DNA of 64,000 nt from an uncultured Chroococcidiopsis sp. (GCA_964248365.1 CAXTYC010000018.1:1-64000); one strand, 5' to 3'. Positions 8,784-20,881 are shown, counted from the first letter of the stretch. The notes: generated by a model not told the origin, from the sequence alone. Program-made: numbers and translations.

Positions 8784-10877
8784 ATGACTAATCGTCTGGC
8801 TCAATCCCAAAGCCTCTACCTGCGTAAACACGCCGAAAATCCGATTGATTGGTGGTCTTGGTGCGAATTCGCTTTGTCCAAGGCGAAATCTGAAGACAAG
8901 CCAATTTTCCTCTCAATTGGTTATTCTAGCTGCCACTGGTGTACGGTCATGGAAGGAGAAGCTTTTTCTGACCAGGCTGTGGCGGAATATATGAATGCCA
9001 ACTTTGTGCCAATCAAGGTAGACCGAGAAGAACGCCCTGACCTGGATAGTATTTATATGCAGGCTTTGCAGATGATGACTGGTCAGGGGGGTTGGCCTCT
9101 CAATATTTTTCTTTCGCCAGATGATCTAGTACCGTTTTTTGGTGGTACTTATTTTCCTCAAGAGCCGCGTTATGGAAGACCAGGATTTTTGCAAGTGCTG
9201 CAAGCCCTGCGTCATTACTACGATACAGAAAAACAAGATTTGCGCGATCGCAAGCAGGCAATTTTTGAAGCAATCGGGCAATCGGCTGTCCTACCTGGAA
9301 CTGTTCCACTGGATAATGATTTACTGCGTCAAGGATTGGAAACCAACACAGGTGTAATTACTGGCGGCGATTACGGAACTAAATTTCCGATGATTCCTTA
9401 CGCCGAATTAGCTCTGCGGGGTGTACGATTCTTGTTTCCAGGTTCAGCATGGGAAAATAAATTTCGCTATGACCCAAAGCAATCGGGTATTAGGCGCGGT
9501 TTGGATCTATCTTTAGGAGGAATTTATGATCATGTGGGTGGTGGTTTTCATCGCTACACTGTAGACCCTACATGGACAGTACCTCATTTTGAAAAGATGC
9601 TTTACGACAATGGTCAAATTGTCGAGTATCTAGCGAATTTATGGAGTGCAGGGGAAAAGGAACCAGCATTTGAAAGAGCGATCGCAGGCACTGTACAATG
9701 GCTGAAGCGAGAAATGACCGCACCTGAAGGCTACTTTTATGCGGCGCAAGATGCTGATAGTTTTACTTCCTCTGGGGGATCAGAACCAGAAGAAGGCGCG
9801 TTTTATGTTTGGAGTTTACCCCAACTCGAACAACTGCTGACGACTGATGAGTTAGCCCACCTACAAGAACAGTTTACAGTCAGTAGTAAAGGTAATTTTG
9901 AAGGAAAAAATGTATTACAGCGTCGTCATCCAGGGAAGTTAAGCGATACATTAGAAATTGCGTTGGGAAAGCTGTTTGCACTCCGCTACGGTGCAACATC
10001 TGACCAACTCGAAACATTTCCGCCTGCACGTAACAATCAGGAAGCGAAAACGCATAATTGGTCAGGTCGCATCCCTCCAGTGACAGATACTAAAATGATT
10101 GTCGCTTGGAATAGCTTAATGATTTCAGGTTTGGCACGGGCTTATGGAGTATTCAAACAAGAATCATATCTTGAGTGTGCTACACGAGCGGCAAATTTCA
10201 TTTTGGAGCATCAATGGGTTGATGGGCATTTCCATCGACTTAATTATGAAGGTGAAGCCGCTGTATTGGCGCAATCTGAAGATTATGCTTTATTTATTAA
10301 AGCGTTGCTTGATTTACACCAAGCGACCCAGGTAAGCAATGAAGATATTTCTCTTGCATCTTTTTGGCTAGACGAAGCTATCAAGGTACAAGCAGAATTT
10401 GATGAATTCCTGTGGAGTGTGGAACTTGGAGGCTATTACAACACAGCTAAAGATGGGAGTCAAGAATTAATAGTGCGCGAACGAAGTTATGCAGATAATG
10501 CTACACCAGCTGCGAATGGAGTGGCGATCGCAAACCTCGTCCGTCTGGCTTTACTGACAGAAGATTTGAGTTATCTTGATCGTGCTGAGCAAGGCTTGCA
10601 AGCTTTTAGCAGTGTAATGAAAAACTATCCTCAAGCCTGCCCCAGTCTATTTACTGCTTTAGATTGGTATCGCAATTGTACCTTGATTCGTACCTCATCT
10701 GAACAGTTAGACTTGCTGATTACTCAATATTTACCAGCTTCAGTCTTAAAGATTGAAACCGAGTTACCACAAGGGGCATTAGGGTTAGTTTGTCAAGGTC
10801 TTTCTTGCCTTTCTCCTGCCCCTTGTATAGATGAGTTACAACAGCAAATCCAGCAAAGTCAAATTAGATCTCTTTAA
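8784..10877 (+). CDS. Thioredoxin domain-containing protein (YyaL/DUF255 family)
   Basis: MTNRLAQSQSLYLRKHAENP, SIGYSSCHWCTVME, KVDREERPD, GGWPL and VPHFEKMLYDN. Confidence 0.93.
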   Translation: MTNRLAQSQSLYLRKHAENPIDWWSWCEFALSKAKSEDKPIFLSIGYSSCHWCTVMEGEAFSDQAVAEYMNANFVPIKVDREERPDLDSIYMQALQMMTGQGGWPLNIFLSPDDLVPFFGGTYFPQEPRYGRPGFLQVLQALRHYYDTEKQDLRDRKQAIFEAIGQSAVLPGTVPLDNDLLRQGLETNTGVITGGDYGTKFPMIPYAELALRGVRFLFPGSAWENKFRYDPKQSGIRRGLDLSLGGIYDHVGGGFHRYTVDPTWTVPHFEKMLYDNGQIVEYLANLWSAGEKEPAFERAIAGTVQWLKREMTAPEGYFYAAQDADSFTSSGGSEPEEGAFYVWSLPQLEQLLTTDELAHLQEQFTVSSKGNFEGKNVLQRRHPGKLSDTLEIALGKLFALRYGATSDQLETFPPARNNQEAKTHNWSGRIPPVTDTKMIVAWNSLMISGLARAYGVFKQESYLECATRAANFILEHQWVDGHFHRLNYEGEAAVLAQSEDYALFIKALLDLHQATQVSNEDISLASFWLDEAIKVQAEFDEFLWSVELGGYYNTAKDGSQELIVRERSYADNATPAANGVAIANLVRLALLTEDLSYLDRAEQGLQAFSSVMKNYPQACPSLFTALDWYRNCTLIRTSSEQLDLLITQYLPASVLKIETELPQGALGLVCQGLSCLSPAPCIDELQQQIQQSQIRSL

Positions 10878-11024
10878 GTGGGATGGGCATCATGCCCGTC
10901 CGAAGGAAGATCCAGATTAGCACAATTGCGATCGCACCGATACCCAAACTCCAAAAGAAAGCAGTAGTTTGGTAAACTACAAAGTTGTTAGTCCAACACC
11001 TGCGATCGCAAGAGTTTAGTAATT

Positions 11025-13796
11025 CTATCTACCAGTAATTGTAAAAGCTGCCCAATAATAGGGTTCGTCAAAAAGTTTTTGTTGCTTTTGGGATAATTCC
11101 ATTTGACTAATTTCGGTTAGCTCACTTTCTACAAAAGGACGAATTAACATTTCATCTTTTGGTAGCTGAGCAAAGATTACTTTATAAATTCTTTCAAGTT
11201 TTCTATATGTTAAATTACGTAACCATTTTGTTGCTTTGGCAAGGGCAACATCTGGTGATTTACCTTTCTTTAGTTGCCTGTAAAAATCAATCATTAAAAA
11301 ACTAGTAGCATAGTCAGTTACAGTCCACAAGGTACTAACAACATTGGCAACACCTTGATAGAGAAAGGCGCTGACTAAACCGACATATTCTGTAGTGATG
11401 GAACAGTTGCTTGTAATAGCGGTTTCACAAGCAGAAAGATTTACTAACTAATAGCTGCTGAGGTTATCAATCTGGCAAATTGCTTCTAGCGTCAGGTAAT
11501 CTTTCCCACTCAAAGCAAGGGCAGATTGTTTGGGATTGTAAAAGTTATAAGTGCCATGTCCAGCAAAGTGAAAGATGCTATATCCATCTTTTAAAGCTTC
11601 TTTGACTACTGTTTCTGTAGCTTCTGCGTCAGCAATTCGTTTGGGAATAGGATTGTTAAATAGCTGGGTAATAGCAGCAGATTCGATTGGGGCATAGTGG
11701 AGTAAATTAAAACCTTCGCTGTTGGGATGTTCCACACTCAAAAGATGTCCTTCCACCCAAGTCTTTTTCCTTAGATTAATGCCCATTTGGACACTGGGCA
11801 GATAGGTAATAGTGAAATCATCTGGAAACAGCGCATGAAGGGGGAAGCGGTGTAAGTCGCGGTGGGGAATCAATATCAGATTTTGGAGCCTTGGATTAAT
11901 TGGACTATGGTGGGGATATCGAGAATATTAGCTAGTTGCTCAAGCATTTGCGGCAAGTTACCCCGCCAGCTAATTTCGGCATATTGTTGATTCCAATCTT
12001 TCACCCAGTTCTCAAAATCACGCAAGCGTTGCACTGCTGCTGGTACTTCCTCAGTTGTGTCTGTGGGTGTAGTAATCAGGATGGGCGCTGGGGCATCGTG
12101 TTTTAGGATGAAAGTATGTAGGGCAGCTGGGCTGAGATGCCAGTACACTAGGGCAGTTGTGGGATTAAGTAGCTGTTTAATCTCTTCCCATCTAGGTGAG
12201 GAAACTTCCTCACTCCTAGCATCTAGTAACCAAGACAAGCAAGCATTTTTCCCCTGTTGTGCTAGTTCCAGCGCTTGCACCAATTTACCTGAGTGCACAG
12301 CTAAATCAACAGTTAACTGCCCAAAACCTGCAAATTCAAGAGCTAGCTGTTTTTTACTATGCTCTGAGTAATTTGTTTCCTTCAGCAACCGTCGCAACAA
12401 ATCTGTACCGCGTCGCTGTAATTCTTTAGCTTCTGCTATTTGCCCCAAAGCTAACAAAGCGCGAATCAAGTCTTGCAATACTTTCAGATGCAACTGGAGA
12501 AAATATGTTTCTGTAAGGGTTACAAGTGCCTGGTGGTAACTATTAACGGCTTTGTACCAATAGCTGCGAGGACGGGAATCGCCAAGCCCTCGGAAATAGT
12601 GAGCATTACCTATTCCCTGATTTAGCTTACCCCAGCCTTCTGGGTGGGTGTCTTGCTGACAATACTTCAACCCTTCCTCATAGCTTGCTAATCTACCCTC
12701 ATAACCGCGCTTGTTGAGGTGGGGATTTTGTCTAGCTATCGGACTCAATGAAGCTAGTAGTGGATCGCAACTAACAGAATTTCCCGCCGCAATGCCTCGA
12801 TTGTACCAAGCTTTGTAGTCGTCGGGTTTGATTTCTATCGCTTTGTCGTAGGAGGCGATCGCTTCTTCATATCGCCCTAAATTAGCCAGTGCCAAACCTC
12901 GGTTGTTCCGAGCTTGGTAGACATCAGGTTTGATTTTTCTCACTAGGTTGAATGATGCGATCGCATCATAAAATCGCCCTAACTTACCTAGTGCTGTACC
13001 CTGGTTGTACCAAGCTTGGTAGAAGTCAGGTTTGATTTTTATCGCTTCGTCGTTGGATGCGATCGCTTCTTCATTTCGCCCTAACTTACCCAGCACACTG
13101 CCTCGGTTGTTCCAAGCTTTGTAGTCGTCGGGTTTGATTTCTATCGCTTTGTCCTATGATATGATCGCACCTTCAAAATCCCCTGCCTCGTATTGCTTAT
13201 TGCCTTGGCTAAACCATGCTTCTGCTTCTTCTTCCTCTTACGAGCGCGTTTCCCTGGGGTTTAAACCCCCTGCTTGCGTCGAGTGCGGTTCGTTTCTTCT
13301 TCTACCAACAACTCACCACTAGCATCGAATTGATCAAATTCTACTGACTGACTATCTTTCCTCCTTCTTGATCAGCAGACGCTATCGGTTCGGCATCTGG
13401 TCCATCGTACTCCCATATCGGATCGCCTGGGTTTTTGGATAACAGTCGCATCCCAATATCATAGGCAACGTCTCCAATTTCCTCGATGCCCAACTCACCC
13501 AACTGCACCAGCTGCTTTGCTAACTCATTCTTCGGTACAGGTGTTGCTAACAATCTTTCACCAAAGCGCCGTAACCATTCCACCCAGCGTTCAGTCGTAA
13601 CCCGATGTTCTATATTTTTTAGCCACTTATGCGCCCACTCTTGCCCTCGTCTTTGATCCACTCCTAACAACAACTGAGTGAAAAGAGATTCTAAATCGGC
13701 ATCGCTAAGAGGTGGTGGCGCTTCCTGACTGTGTGGGGGTGTTTGCTTCTGCTTTCTACCAAACAAATGCCCAAATAACTGATTTAACATCTGCAA
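11025..13796 (-). pseudogene. TPR-repeat plus CHAT (caspase-like) domain protein, fragmented
   Basis: TPRs (AWYNRG..EEAIASYDKAIEIKPD), CHAT catalytic FHFAGHG and LSACET, and terminal PYYWAAFTITG. In-frame TAG at ~13155 and 11448-11450, with further breaks at ~13341 and ~11876. Confidence 0.85.
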
Positions 13797-13857
13797 AATT
13801 AGGAGCGATCGCCTTAATCCTTAATTTTGATTATGATGCCAAAAGAAGCGAGCGCTC

Positions 13858-14088
13858 TTATTCTCCGCCTTTTTCTTTTGCCTTTTCTTGCATCAAAGAT
13901 TCTACCAAACGCTTTCCTTTCTCTCGGCGGTAAACATTGAATGGATTGTTGCGATTTTCAGCTTCTACTTGAGCAATCAATTCATCCAGTATCATTATTT
14001 GAGCATCAAACATTGTGCAAATGTCGCGTAGCTTGGCAATAGAACGCGCTCTCGTCTCTGGATCGGGGATTCTGGGTTGGTTAGTCAT
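13858..14088 (-). CDS. Small hypothetical protein (MTNQPRIPDPETRARS..)
   Basis: The ATG at 14088 overlaps the upstream TGA (ATGA overlap). Confidence 0.65.
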   Translation of the reverse strand: MTNQPRIPDPETRARSIAKLRDICTMFDAQIMILDELIAQVEAENRNNPFNVYRREKGKRLVESLMQEKAKEKGGE

Positions 14089-14429
14089 AGCAAATTCCAA
14101 TTTCTTTTGATTTCTTGGGTACTTGCTTCTCCAGCATCAGAAATAGCTTGTGTCTGTGCAATCGATTGAGCCAGTAAATTTAGCGTAGCAGAAGTAGCGA
14201 CAGGTTGGGATTCCGATATCTGCAACAGCAGCCTATAAAGACGTATGTAGTAAGATGTTGCCCGTTCTCTAACGTTTTGGAGTTCATCTAGTTCGGGAAT
14301 CGTTTCCTCTGTTTCGCCAAATTGTTCAAGAATGACGAATCCCGCTGCTGTTGCTTCATTAATTAATTGCAGCAGTCGTCGTTCTAAGTTTAAAACAGTA
14401 GTTATCGTTTCGTTGGGTAAATTTGCCAT
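14085..14429 (-). CDS. Hypothetical helical protein, 114 aa
   Basis: Clean ORF downstream of an AT-rich region, translationally coupled to the next ORF. Confidence 0.7.
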   Translation of the reverse strand: MANLPNETITTVLNLERRLLQLINEATAAGFVILEQFGETEETIPELDELQNVRERATSYYIRLYRLLLQISESQPVATSATLNLLAQSIAQTQAISDAGEASTQEIKRNWNLL

Positions 14430-14750
14430 CAGCTTTATTTGAGCTTTTTAAAGCAGTAGCTTGTCTTACATATAATAAAATTTCAAATTTATTTTACTAA
14501 CATTTTTTTGCATTTATTCTAGCAGATTTTTGCTTTAAAAAGTAAACAAAATTTTTATATTTAGTAACTGTAAAAAGAAGAAAAGACTTTTTAATCATAA
14601 ATAAAATTAAAGGATTAAATATATGTAAAATAAGTTAATTTTGGAATGAATTTATTGTTTACTAAATATATAAATGCGTTAAAATAGTAAAATATAAATA
14701 AAATAGCTTGGATAGTAATAGGTATTTTTTTTAAGTATAATTTTAAAGTT

Positions 14751-16769
14751 ATGTCTTACGAGCCGCTGCACCACAAGTATCGACCCCAGACTTTTGCCGA
14801 ACTAGTGGGGCAGGAGGCGATCGCCACTACCCTCACCAATGCCATCCTGAGCGAAAAAATTGCTCCAGCATATTTGTTTACTGGTCCTAGAGGTACGGGT
14901 AAAACTTCCAGCGCTCGAATTCTCGCCAAGTCTCTTAATTGTCTAAAAGATAACAAGCCAACGGCTCAACCTTGTGGTGTGTGTAATGTTTGTCACTCAA
15001 TTGCTAAAGGCTCAGCTCTCGATGTAATTGAAATCGACGCTGCTAGCAATACTGGAGTAGACAACATCAGGGAAATTATCGAACGCGCCTCTTTCGCCCC
15101 TGTCCAGTGTCGCTACAAGGTGTATGTGATCGACGAATGCCATATGTTATCGGGTGCGGCTTTTAATGCTTTACTCAAAACATTAGAGGAACCACCCCAA
15201 CACGTCGTATTTGTCCTGGCTACAACTGAGGCGCAGCGAGTATTACCAACGATTATTTCTCGATGTCAGCGATTTGACTTTCGCAGGATAGCAACCGATG
15301 CGATGGTGAAGCATTTAAGTGCGATCGCCTCTAGGGAAAACATCAACATCACACCCGAAGCGTTGCATTTGGTAGCTTCTTTTGCTCAAGGAGGATTACG
15401 GGATGCCCAAAGTTTACTTGACCAGCTGAGCTTATTATCCGGTCAAGTGAGTGTAGAGCAAGTTTGGAATTTAGTTGGTTCTGTGTCCGAACCAGACTTG
15501 CTCTTGTTATTACAGGCGATCGCCCAAAATCAACCCGAAGCCTTACTTGATTGCATTAGTAAAATTATGGATCGGGGGAAAGAACCGCTTACCCTCCTCC
15601 AGAATCTTGCTAGTTTCTATCGAGATTTGCTCATTGCCAAAACTGCCCCCAATCGGAATGATTTAATTACCATCACGCCTCAAACTTGGGAAGCGCTATG
15701 TGAAGAGGCGAAATCTTGGGATATTTCGACTATTTTGGCAGGACAGCAGCATCTGGCAAAAAGTGAAGTTCAACTTAAAAATACTACTCAACCGCGTTTG
15801 TGGTTAGAAGTCACAATGTTGGGATTATTGCCTGCCAATATTACTCAATACCACCAGCTACAAAATACTAATGACTTGCCAACGAATCAATTTCAGCTAC
15901 AGCCAAGAATTAACTCTCAAAATCTAACCACCCAGGCGGCAGAAAACTTTCAAGTACAAGTCTTGTCAGAACATTTGCCACCAATCGAGCAAAATGAGGA
16001 GCCAGAATCTGCGCCAGTTACCCATCTTGAAAATATTGCTTCAGTATCAACACAAGTTGAATCAGAATCTGCGCCAGTTGCTGCACCAATAGCCTCTGTT
16101 GAAAATATTCCCTCATCTGAGCAGGGCGTAGTAGAAAATTCTGCTACCCCACTTCCCACAGAGCAATGGCAACAAATACTTGCTAATCTCCAGCCCATGT
16201 CAACGCGAGAGCTACTGCGTCAAATGGGTCATCTAATTGAGTTTAATAATAATGTTGCTCGAATTGGCATGAGATCGGTAGCTTTATGCGATCGCGCTAA
16301 AGCCTACCTACCTAACATCAAAGCAGCTTTTGAGGCAACATTTAAGCAGCCTGTGCAGGTCAAGCTGGAATTAGCAACCACTACCCAAACTAAAAAAACT
16401 CCCGTCAAGGAGCCACTAGTAACAAGTTCGGCTAATGTTCCGCCAGCTGGGCGGAGAATCAATCAGCCAGTAGCAGATATTAGCACAAATACTGCATCTA
16501 GTCAAGCAACCCAACACAGGGCTGATACAGTCGGAAAATCAACGTGGGAAGAAGTTGCAGCAGCATCGAACGATGCTACAACCAGTAACCAGTGGGACGA
16601 TCATGAAGTAGCGATCGCATCCCAACGACTAGCTGAATTTTTCAAAGGCGAGGTAGTCGGGCTTGATGATGATACCTTTGCTCAACCGCTAGCAATAAGT
16701 AGCCTACCGCCCCTAACTGACTCTGATTTTTATAATGTTGATGCCGAAGACGCAGATCCTGGCTTTTAA
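14751..16769 (+). CDS. dnaX: DNA polymerase III subunit gamma/tau
   Basis: KYRPQTF, Walker A GPRGTGKTS, Zn cysteines, EIDAASN, IDECHML and SRCQRFDF. Confidence 0.96.
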   Translation: MSYEPLHHKYRPQTFAELVGQEAIATTLTNAILSEKIAPAYLFTGPRGTGKTSSARILAKSLNCLKDNKPTAQPCGVCNVCHSIAKGSALDVIEIDAASNTGVDNIREIIERASFAPVQCRYKVYVIDECHMLSGAAFNALLKTLEEPPQHVVFVLATTEAQRVLPTIISRCQRFDFRRIATDAMVKHLSAIASRENINITPEALHLVASFAQGGLRDAQSLLDQLSLLSGQVSVEQVWNLVGSVSEPDLLLLLQAIAQNQPEALLDCISKIMDRGKEPLTLLQNLASFYRDLLIAKTAPNRNDLITITPQTWEALCEEAKSWDISTILAGQQHLAKSEVQLKNTTQPRLWLEVTMLGLLPANITQYHQLQNTNDLPTNQFQLQPRINSQNLTTQAAENFQVQVLSEHLPPIEQNEEPESAPVTHLENIASVSTQVESESAPVAAPIASVENIPSSEQGVVENSATPLPTEQWQQILANLQPMSTRELLRQMGHLIEFNNNVARIGMRSVALCDRAKAYLPNIKAAFEATFKQPVQVKLELATTTQTKKTPVKEPLVTSSANVPPAGRRINQPVADISTNTASSQATQHRADTVGKSTWEEVAAASNDATTSNQWDDHEVAIASQRLAEFFKGEVVGLDDDTFAQPLAISSLPPLTDSDFYNVDAEDADPGF

Positions 16770-16898
16770 AGCTAGTAACTAGTCACTAGTGGAACCAGTG
16801 GCTAGAATTCCCACTTGAAGTCTTTTGGTTGGATCTCTATTCACTAGTTACCAATCACGCTTCACTATTTCTAGTCACTAGTCACCAGCCACTATCCA

Positions 16899-18317
16899 CT
16901 AATTTTTCTCGCCTTGATGGACAGTTTTGACCCATTTGAGACGTTTTGGAAGCACTGACATTCGGGCAGTAGTAGTAGTCATTACTACTAACCAGTGGAA
17001 CATATAAAAAGTGCCGCGCAGTGTCTGGAGCATTAGCACAAAAAATGTAGAGACGGGAAATTTCTTTTGTCCGCCAACCAGCTTTAGACCCTTAAACATC
17101 CATACCATTGACATAGCCATCGCTAAGCTGGTAATTGGACTAAGGACAGGTAGACGGTTATTCGCTGTCGCCATTACTAAGTCTGGAACCTGGGCTGTTG
17201 GTAGCAGGTACTGAGCTAGCAAAAACATGAACAAATCGAAGGTTTTCCGAGTTCCCATCCGGTTACTAGCAATCAGCCGCCAGTAGTCGAGATAGCGCTG
17301 ATATCCCCCTTCTGCCCAACGATTGCGCTGATGCCATAGAGCGATCGCACTCGTTACGCCTTCTTCTTCCACTGCACAAGAGGACACACACTCAATATCC
17401 CACTGGTCTAAATGTAGGCGGATCGTCAGATCCAAATCATCTGTAATTGTTTCTTCGTTCCAACCACCACACATCTCCAAAGCTGTACGCCGGACAAATT
17501 GACCGTTACCGCGCAGTTCGCCAATACCTCCTAGAGCGACTCGCTGCTGTTGTACATAGGTGTCCAGAGCCATTTCTGCCACCTGCCCCTGTGTCCAGAA
17601 ATTCTCATTTGAATTAGCGATCGCTTTTCGCACCTGCACCGCCCCCACTTTTGACTGAGCAAATAAGGGCAGCACCTGCCTTAGCAAGTCTGGAGCAACC
17701 GTTGCATCTGCATCAAAAACGGCTAATATTTCCCCTTTAGTCAGGGGCATAACTTGATTGAGCGCTCCTGATTTGCCTCCTTGTGCCTCCGCCGCCCGAC
17801 GCAACACCTTCAAATGGTCGTATTTTTCTTCCATCTGTGCCAGGAGCGAGGGCGTTTTATCAGTGCTATTGTCATCAATTATCCAAACTTCGTATCGATC
17901 GTTCGGGTAGTCTTGGCTACAAAGGCTCTTGACAATATTACCAATCACTGCTTCTTCGTTTTTCGCTGCCACCAGTAGCGAGACAAAAGGAAATGCTAAA
18001 GGTTCATCTGCTAGAGGTTCGCTATGGCGGCGCTGGCGAGCGAATACAATGCGTAAGGCATGAATTCCGAATATCGTGGTCATACCAAGTACAAACCACG
18101 AACCCCAGGAGACTAGATGCAGGGCGATCGTACCACCCCAGACAACTGTTAAAACGAGTGCCGCTTTACGCCTACGACCTGGATAGGATGATTTTAGAGA
18201 CATTGCTGACACAAGTAGCGGCGCTGACTCCTGGGAATCTGATATCTCAGACAAAAGAGAGTTAAGCGCGTCAAGCTCGTTGTAAGAATCGTTTTCGGGC
18301 CAGGAATTCGCTGGCAT
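16899..18317 (-). CDS. mgdA: GT2 glycosyltransferase, monoglucosyldiacylglycerol synthase
   Basis: IDDNSTD, GGKSGALN, VFDADA, ITDDLDL and QRNRW motifs, with the cyanobacterial MPANSWPEND N-terminus (recalled family). Confidence 0.8.
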   Translation of the reverse strand: MPANSWPENDSYNELDALNSLLSEISDSQESAPLLVSAMSLKSSYPGRRRKAALVLTVVWGGTIALHLVSWGSWFVLGMTTIFGIHALRIVFARQRRHSEPLADEPLAFPFVSLLVAAKNEEAVIGNIVKSLCSQDYPNDRYEVWIIDDNSTDKTPSLLAQMEEKYDHLKVLRRAAEAQGGKSGALNQVMPLTKGEILAVFDADATVAPDLLRQVLPLFAQSKVGAVQVRKAIANSNENFWTQGQVAEMALDTYVQQQRVALGGIGELRGNGQFVRRTALEMCGGWNEETITDDLDLTIRLHLDQWDIECVSSCAVEEEGVTSAIALWHQRNRWAEGGYQRYLDYWRLIASNRMGTRKTFDLFMFLLAQYLLPTAQVPDLVMATANNRLPVLSPITSLAMAMSMVWMFKGLKLVGGQKKFPVSTFFVLMLQTLRGTFYMFHWLVVMTTTTARMSVLPKRLKWVKTVHQGEKN

Positions 18318-19166
18318 AGGCTACTGTTTCAACCACCAATATTTGTCTACACCCATAGCGAAGCTAGGAATTAGGTAACACTAGAGTGCGATCGCACACG
18401 CAAACCAATAACTTCCCTTAAGATTGCTGATACTACCTCTTGGAACTGGCGAGCTATTGTCGCCGTTGCCTATTGGTAGGTACTCCAAATTAGGCATGGT
18501 TAGTAAATTGCAGCATCTCGCCCTTGAGAAATTGCGCTTCACAGCCTCCACCGCTTTAGGGCGGGGATTTTTAGTGTTATTGCTTCCAGCTTCAATAAAA
18601 GCTATTGCAGCTTTATTGTACCCGACATTTCTATACTTCTTGGCGGTTGACGAGGGTTAGAGTCGAAATGAACACAGGTAGAGTTCTTCTGATTGTAATG
18701 TTCAAGGCAAGGTGAAAGCCCTTTTGAGCTAAAAAAAGCACACCTAGTTTTTGCCCCAGTTGTCCCACTAGCAATGCCGATCAGGCGGATTATTTGTTTA
18801 AGTAGAGTGTCAATTGATGCAATGTATTTTAGATTTAACAATTTGGATTCACTATCCCAAGAGTTAGCGCTAAGAGCAAAAGATTTTAGATTTAGGATTC
18901 GTAGGACAATCGTTACTGCATGAAACACCCCCTCAATTCAATATTTGTAAGTGTGTAATCTTATCAATTTCTGGGAATACTGAAAATGAAGCATGAAGTG
19001 GGAAGTTAGAAGTGTGAAGTTAGAAGTGTGAAGTTAGAAGTGTGAAATTTAGCCTAGTCTACGGTAACGCGCTCGCGTACATCCTTTAACCTTCAATCTT
19101 TATCCTTTACCGCAATACCTCTTTACCCATTCCCCTAGTTCCTAGCCCCTAGCCCCTAAAAAAGTT

Positions 19167-19541
19167 ATGTCTATCCAACAACTACAGCCTGCCAACCCAC
19201 AAGATCTGAGGGTATATCTACCCTACTTCCAAGGCAACAAGCGCAATATTTTACCTCTAGCTATTAGTCAGTTTAAAAAAGGATCTCTGGAGGGACAGCG
19301 CAAAATTGAAAACAGCGATGGTATTCCTTTTATTGCTACTTGGAATGTTTCAACTTTACCAGCAGACTTGATCCGTTGCCGAATCCAATTTGAGGGTAAT
19401 GCAGAACTAAGTTATGAAATTATGATGTCCAGTTCAGAATTTATTGATTTTTTGATTGATGTCATCCTAAATTTTCAGCGCACTCGGAGCACAGATTTTT
19501 CCAAACCTTTCTACCGGAAACTCTTACGCCAAGATGAATAA
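19167..19541 (+). CDS. ebsA: Type IV pilus/biofilm-suppression protein EbsA
   Basis: VYLPY.QG.KR..LP.AIS..KG.LEG.RKIE..IPFIATW..DFSKPFYRKLLR pattern. Confidence 0.8.
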   Translation: MSIQQLQPANPQDLRVYLPYFQGNKRNILPLAISQFKKGSLEGQRKIENSDGIPFIATWNVSTLPADLIRCRIQFEGNAELSYEIMMSSSEFIDFLIDVILNFQRTRSTDFSKPFYRKLLRQDE

Positions 19542-19786
19542 GGGACTGGAGGCTTGGGGCTTGGGGCTAGGGACAGTGGGAGAGGGGGAATCAAGGGAGA
19601 TAAATATAATTACGAAGTAACCGAGTCCCTTTTCCCTTTCCCCTTTACCTTTTACCCTTTATCCTTTACCCTTTATCCTTATTCTGTCTTCTGACTTCTG
19701 TCTCCTGACTCCTAAGTGCTGATTAAAATGATAGAAAGCTAAGTTCATCAGTTCATTTTCTATGCGTTGGAATAAGGAGTGAGTGG

Positions 19787-20881
19787 GTGTCAAAAGCTGC
19801 TAAATACTTGCTGATCGGGTCAACCGAGACTTACAGTGGGAAGTCTGCTACTATATTGGGTCTTTTTCATCGGTTGCAGCAACTCGGACTGGATATTACC
19901 TATGGCAAACCACTGGGGAACTATTTAGGTGGTGAATGTCCAGGGGCGATCGCTGAAGCAGATGTCCAGTTCTTGACGCAATTGCTCAATCTACCGCCTA
20001 GTCGCCTTCTTCCAACAATACTCGCTTTGGATGAAACAACGATTAGCAACCGCCTACGTGGTGAAGACAATACAGATTACCGAGAACTGCTCAAGCAATA
20101 TCGCCAAATGCCCATAGGCGATTTGGCATTGTTGGAAGGTCCTGGTACTTTGGAGGAAGGCAGTCTGTTTGACTTGCGTTTGCTGCAAGTGGCTGAGGTG
20201 GTTAATGCATCAATACTTTTGGTTGCTCGCTACAAATCGGTTTACTCAGTCGAGCCACTAATATCTGCCAGACGGCGACTAGGCGATCGCCTAATTGGTG
20301 TCTTGCTAAATGATATCCCCGCTGACCAATTAGAAACCGTTGAAACTCAAATCCGCCCCTATCTAGAGCAACGTAGCATTCGAGTGTTTGGGATGCTCCC
20401 TCGCAATGATTTGCTCAGAAGTGTGAGTGTGGAAGAATTGGTAAATCAACTACAAGCAGAAGTACTTTGCCGTTCAGATCGGCTCGATCTGCTGGTGGAA
20501 AGCTTGGCAATTGGGGCAATGAATGTTAACTCAGCCCTGAGATACTTTAACAAGCGGCGCAATATGGCAGTGGTGACAGGAGGCGATCGCGTGGAAATTC
20601 AGCTAGCAGCCCTAGAAAGTTCCACCCAATGTCTGATCTTAACTGGAAAACTTCCCCCTCCCACTTTCATCCTGAAAAAAGCAGAAGAACTAGAAATTCC
20701 GATTCTATCTGTCGATCTCGATACCCTAACTACAGTGGAAATCGTCGATCGCACTTTCGGACAAGTGCGCCTACACGAACCGATTAAAGTTGAGTGCATT
20801 CGTCAACTGATGACAAAGCATTTTGACATCGACCGCTTGTTGTCTCAACTTAGGATAAGCCCAGCAGTGGCGTTGCCTTAA
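19787..20881 (+). CDS. Phosphotransacetylase-family protein (BioD-like AAA N-terminus plus DRTGG domain)
   Basis: YSGKSATILG, LLEGPG and VVTGGDR motifs. Confidence 0.85.
   Translation: MSKAAKYLLIGSTETYSGKSATILGLFHRLQQLGLDITYGKPLGNYLGGECPGAIAEADVQFLTQLLNLPPSRLLPTILALDETTISNRLRGEDNTDYRELLKQYRQMPIGDLALLEGPGTLEEGSLFDLRLLQVAEVVNASILLVARYKSVYSVEPLISARRRLGDRLIGVLLNDIPADQLETVETQIRPYLEQRSIRVFGMLPRNDLLRSVSVEELVNQLQAEVLCRSDRLDLLVESLAIGAMNVNSALRYFNKRRNMAVVTGGDRVEIQLAALESSTQCLILTGKLPPPTFILKKAEELEIPILSVDLDTLTTVEIVDRTFGQVRLHEPIKVECIRQLMTKHFDIDRLLSQLRISPAVALP

Noticed and set aside
15120..15160. DnaX intein
   Set aside because: The usual cyanobacterial insertion site VIDECHMLS is continuous. The extra length of the protein is a low-complexity linker.
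18424..18928. ORFs between mgdA and ebsA
   Set aside because: Non-ATG or overlapping short ORFs with no recognisable motifs. Probably divergent promoter or intergenic DNA.
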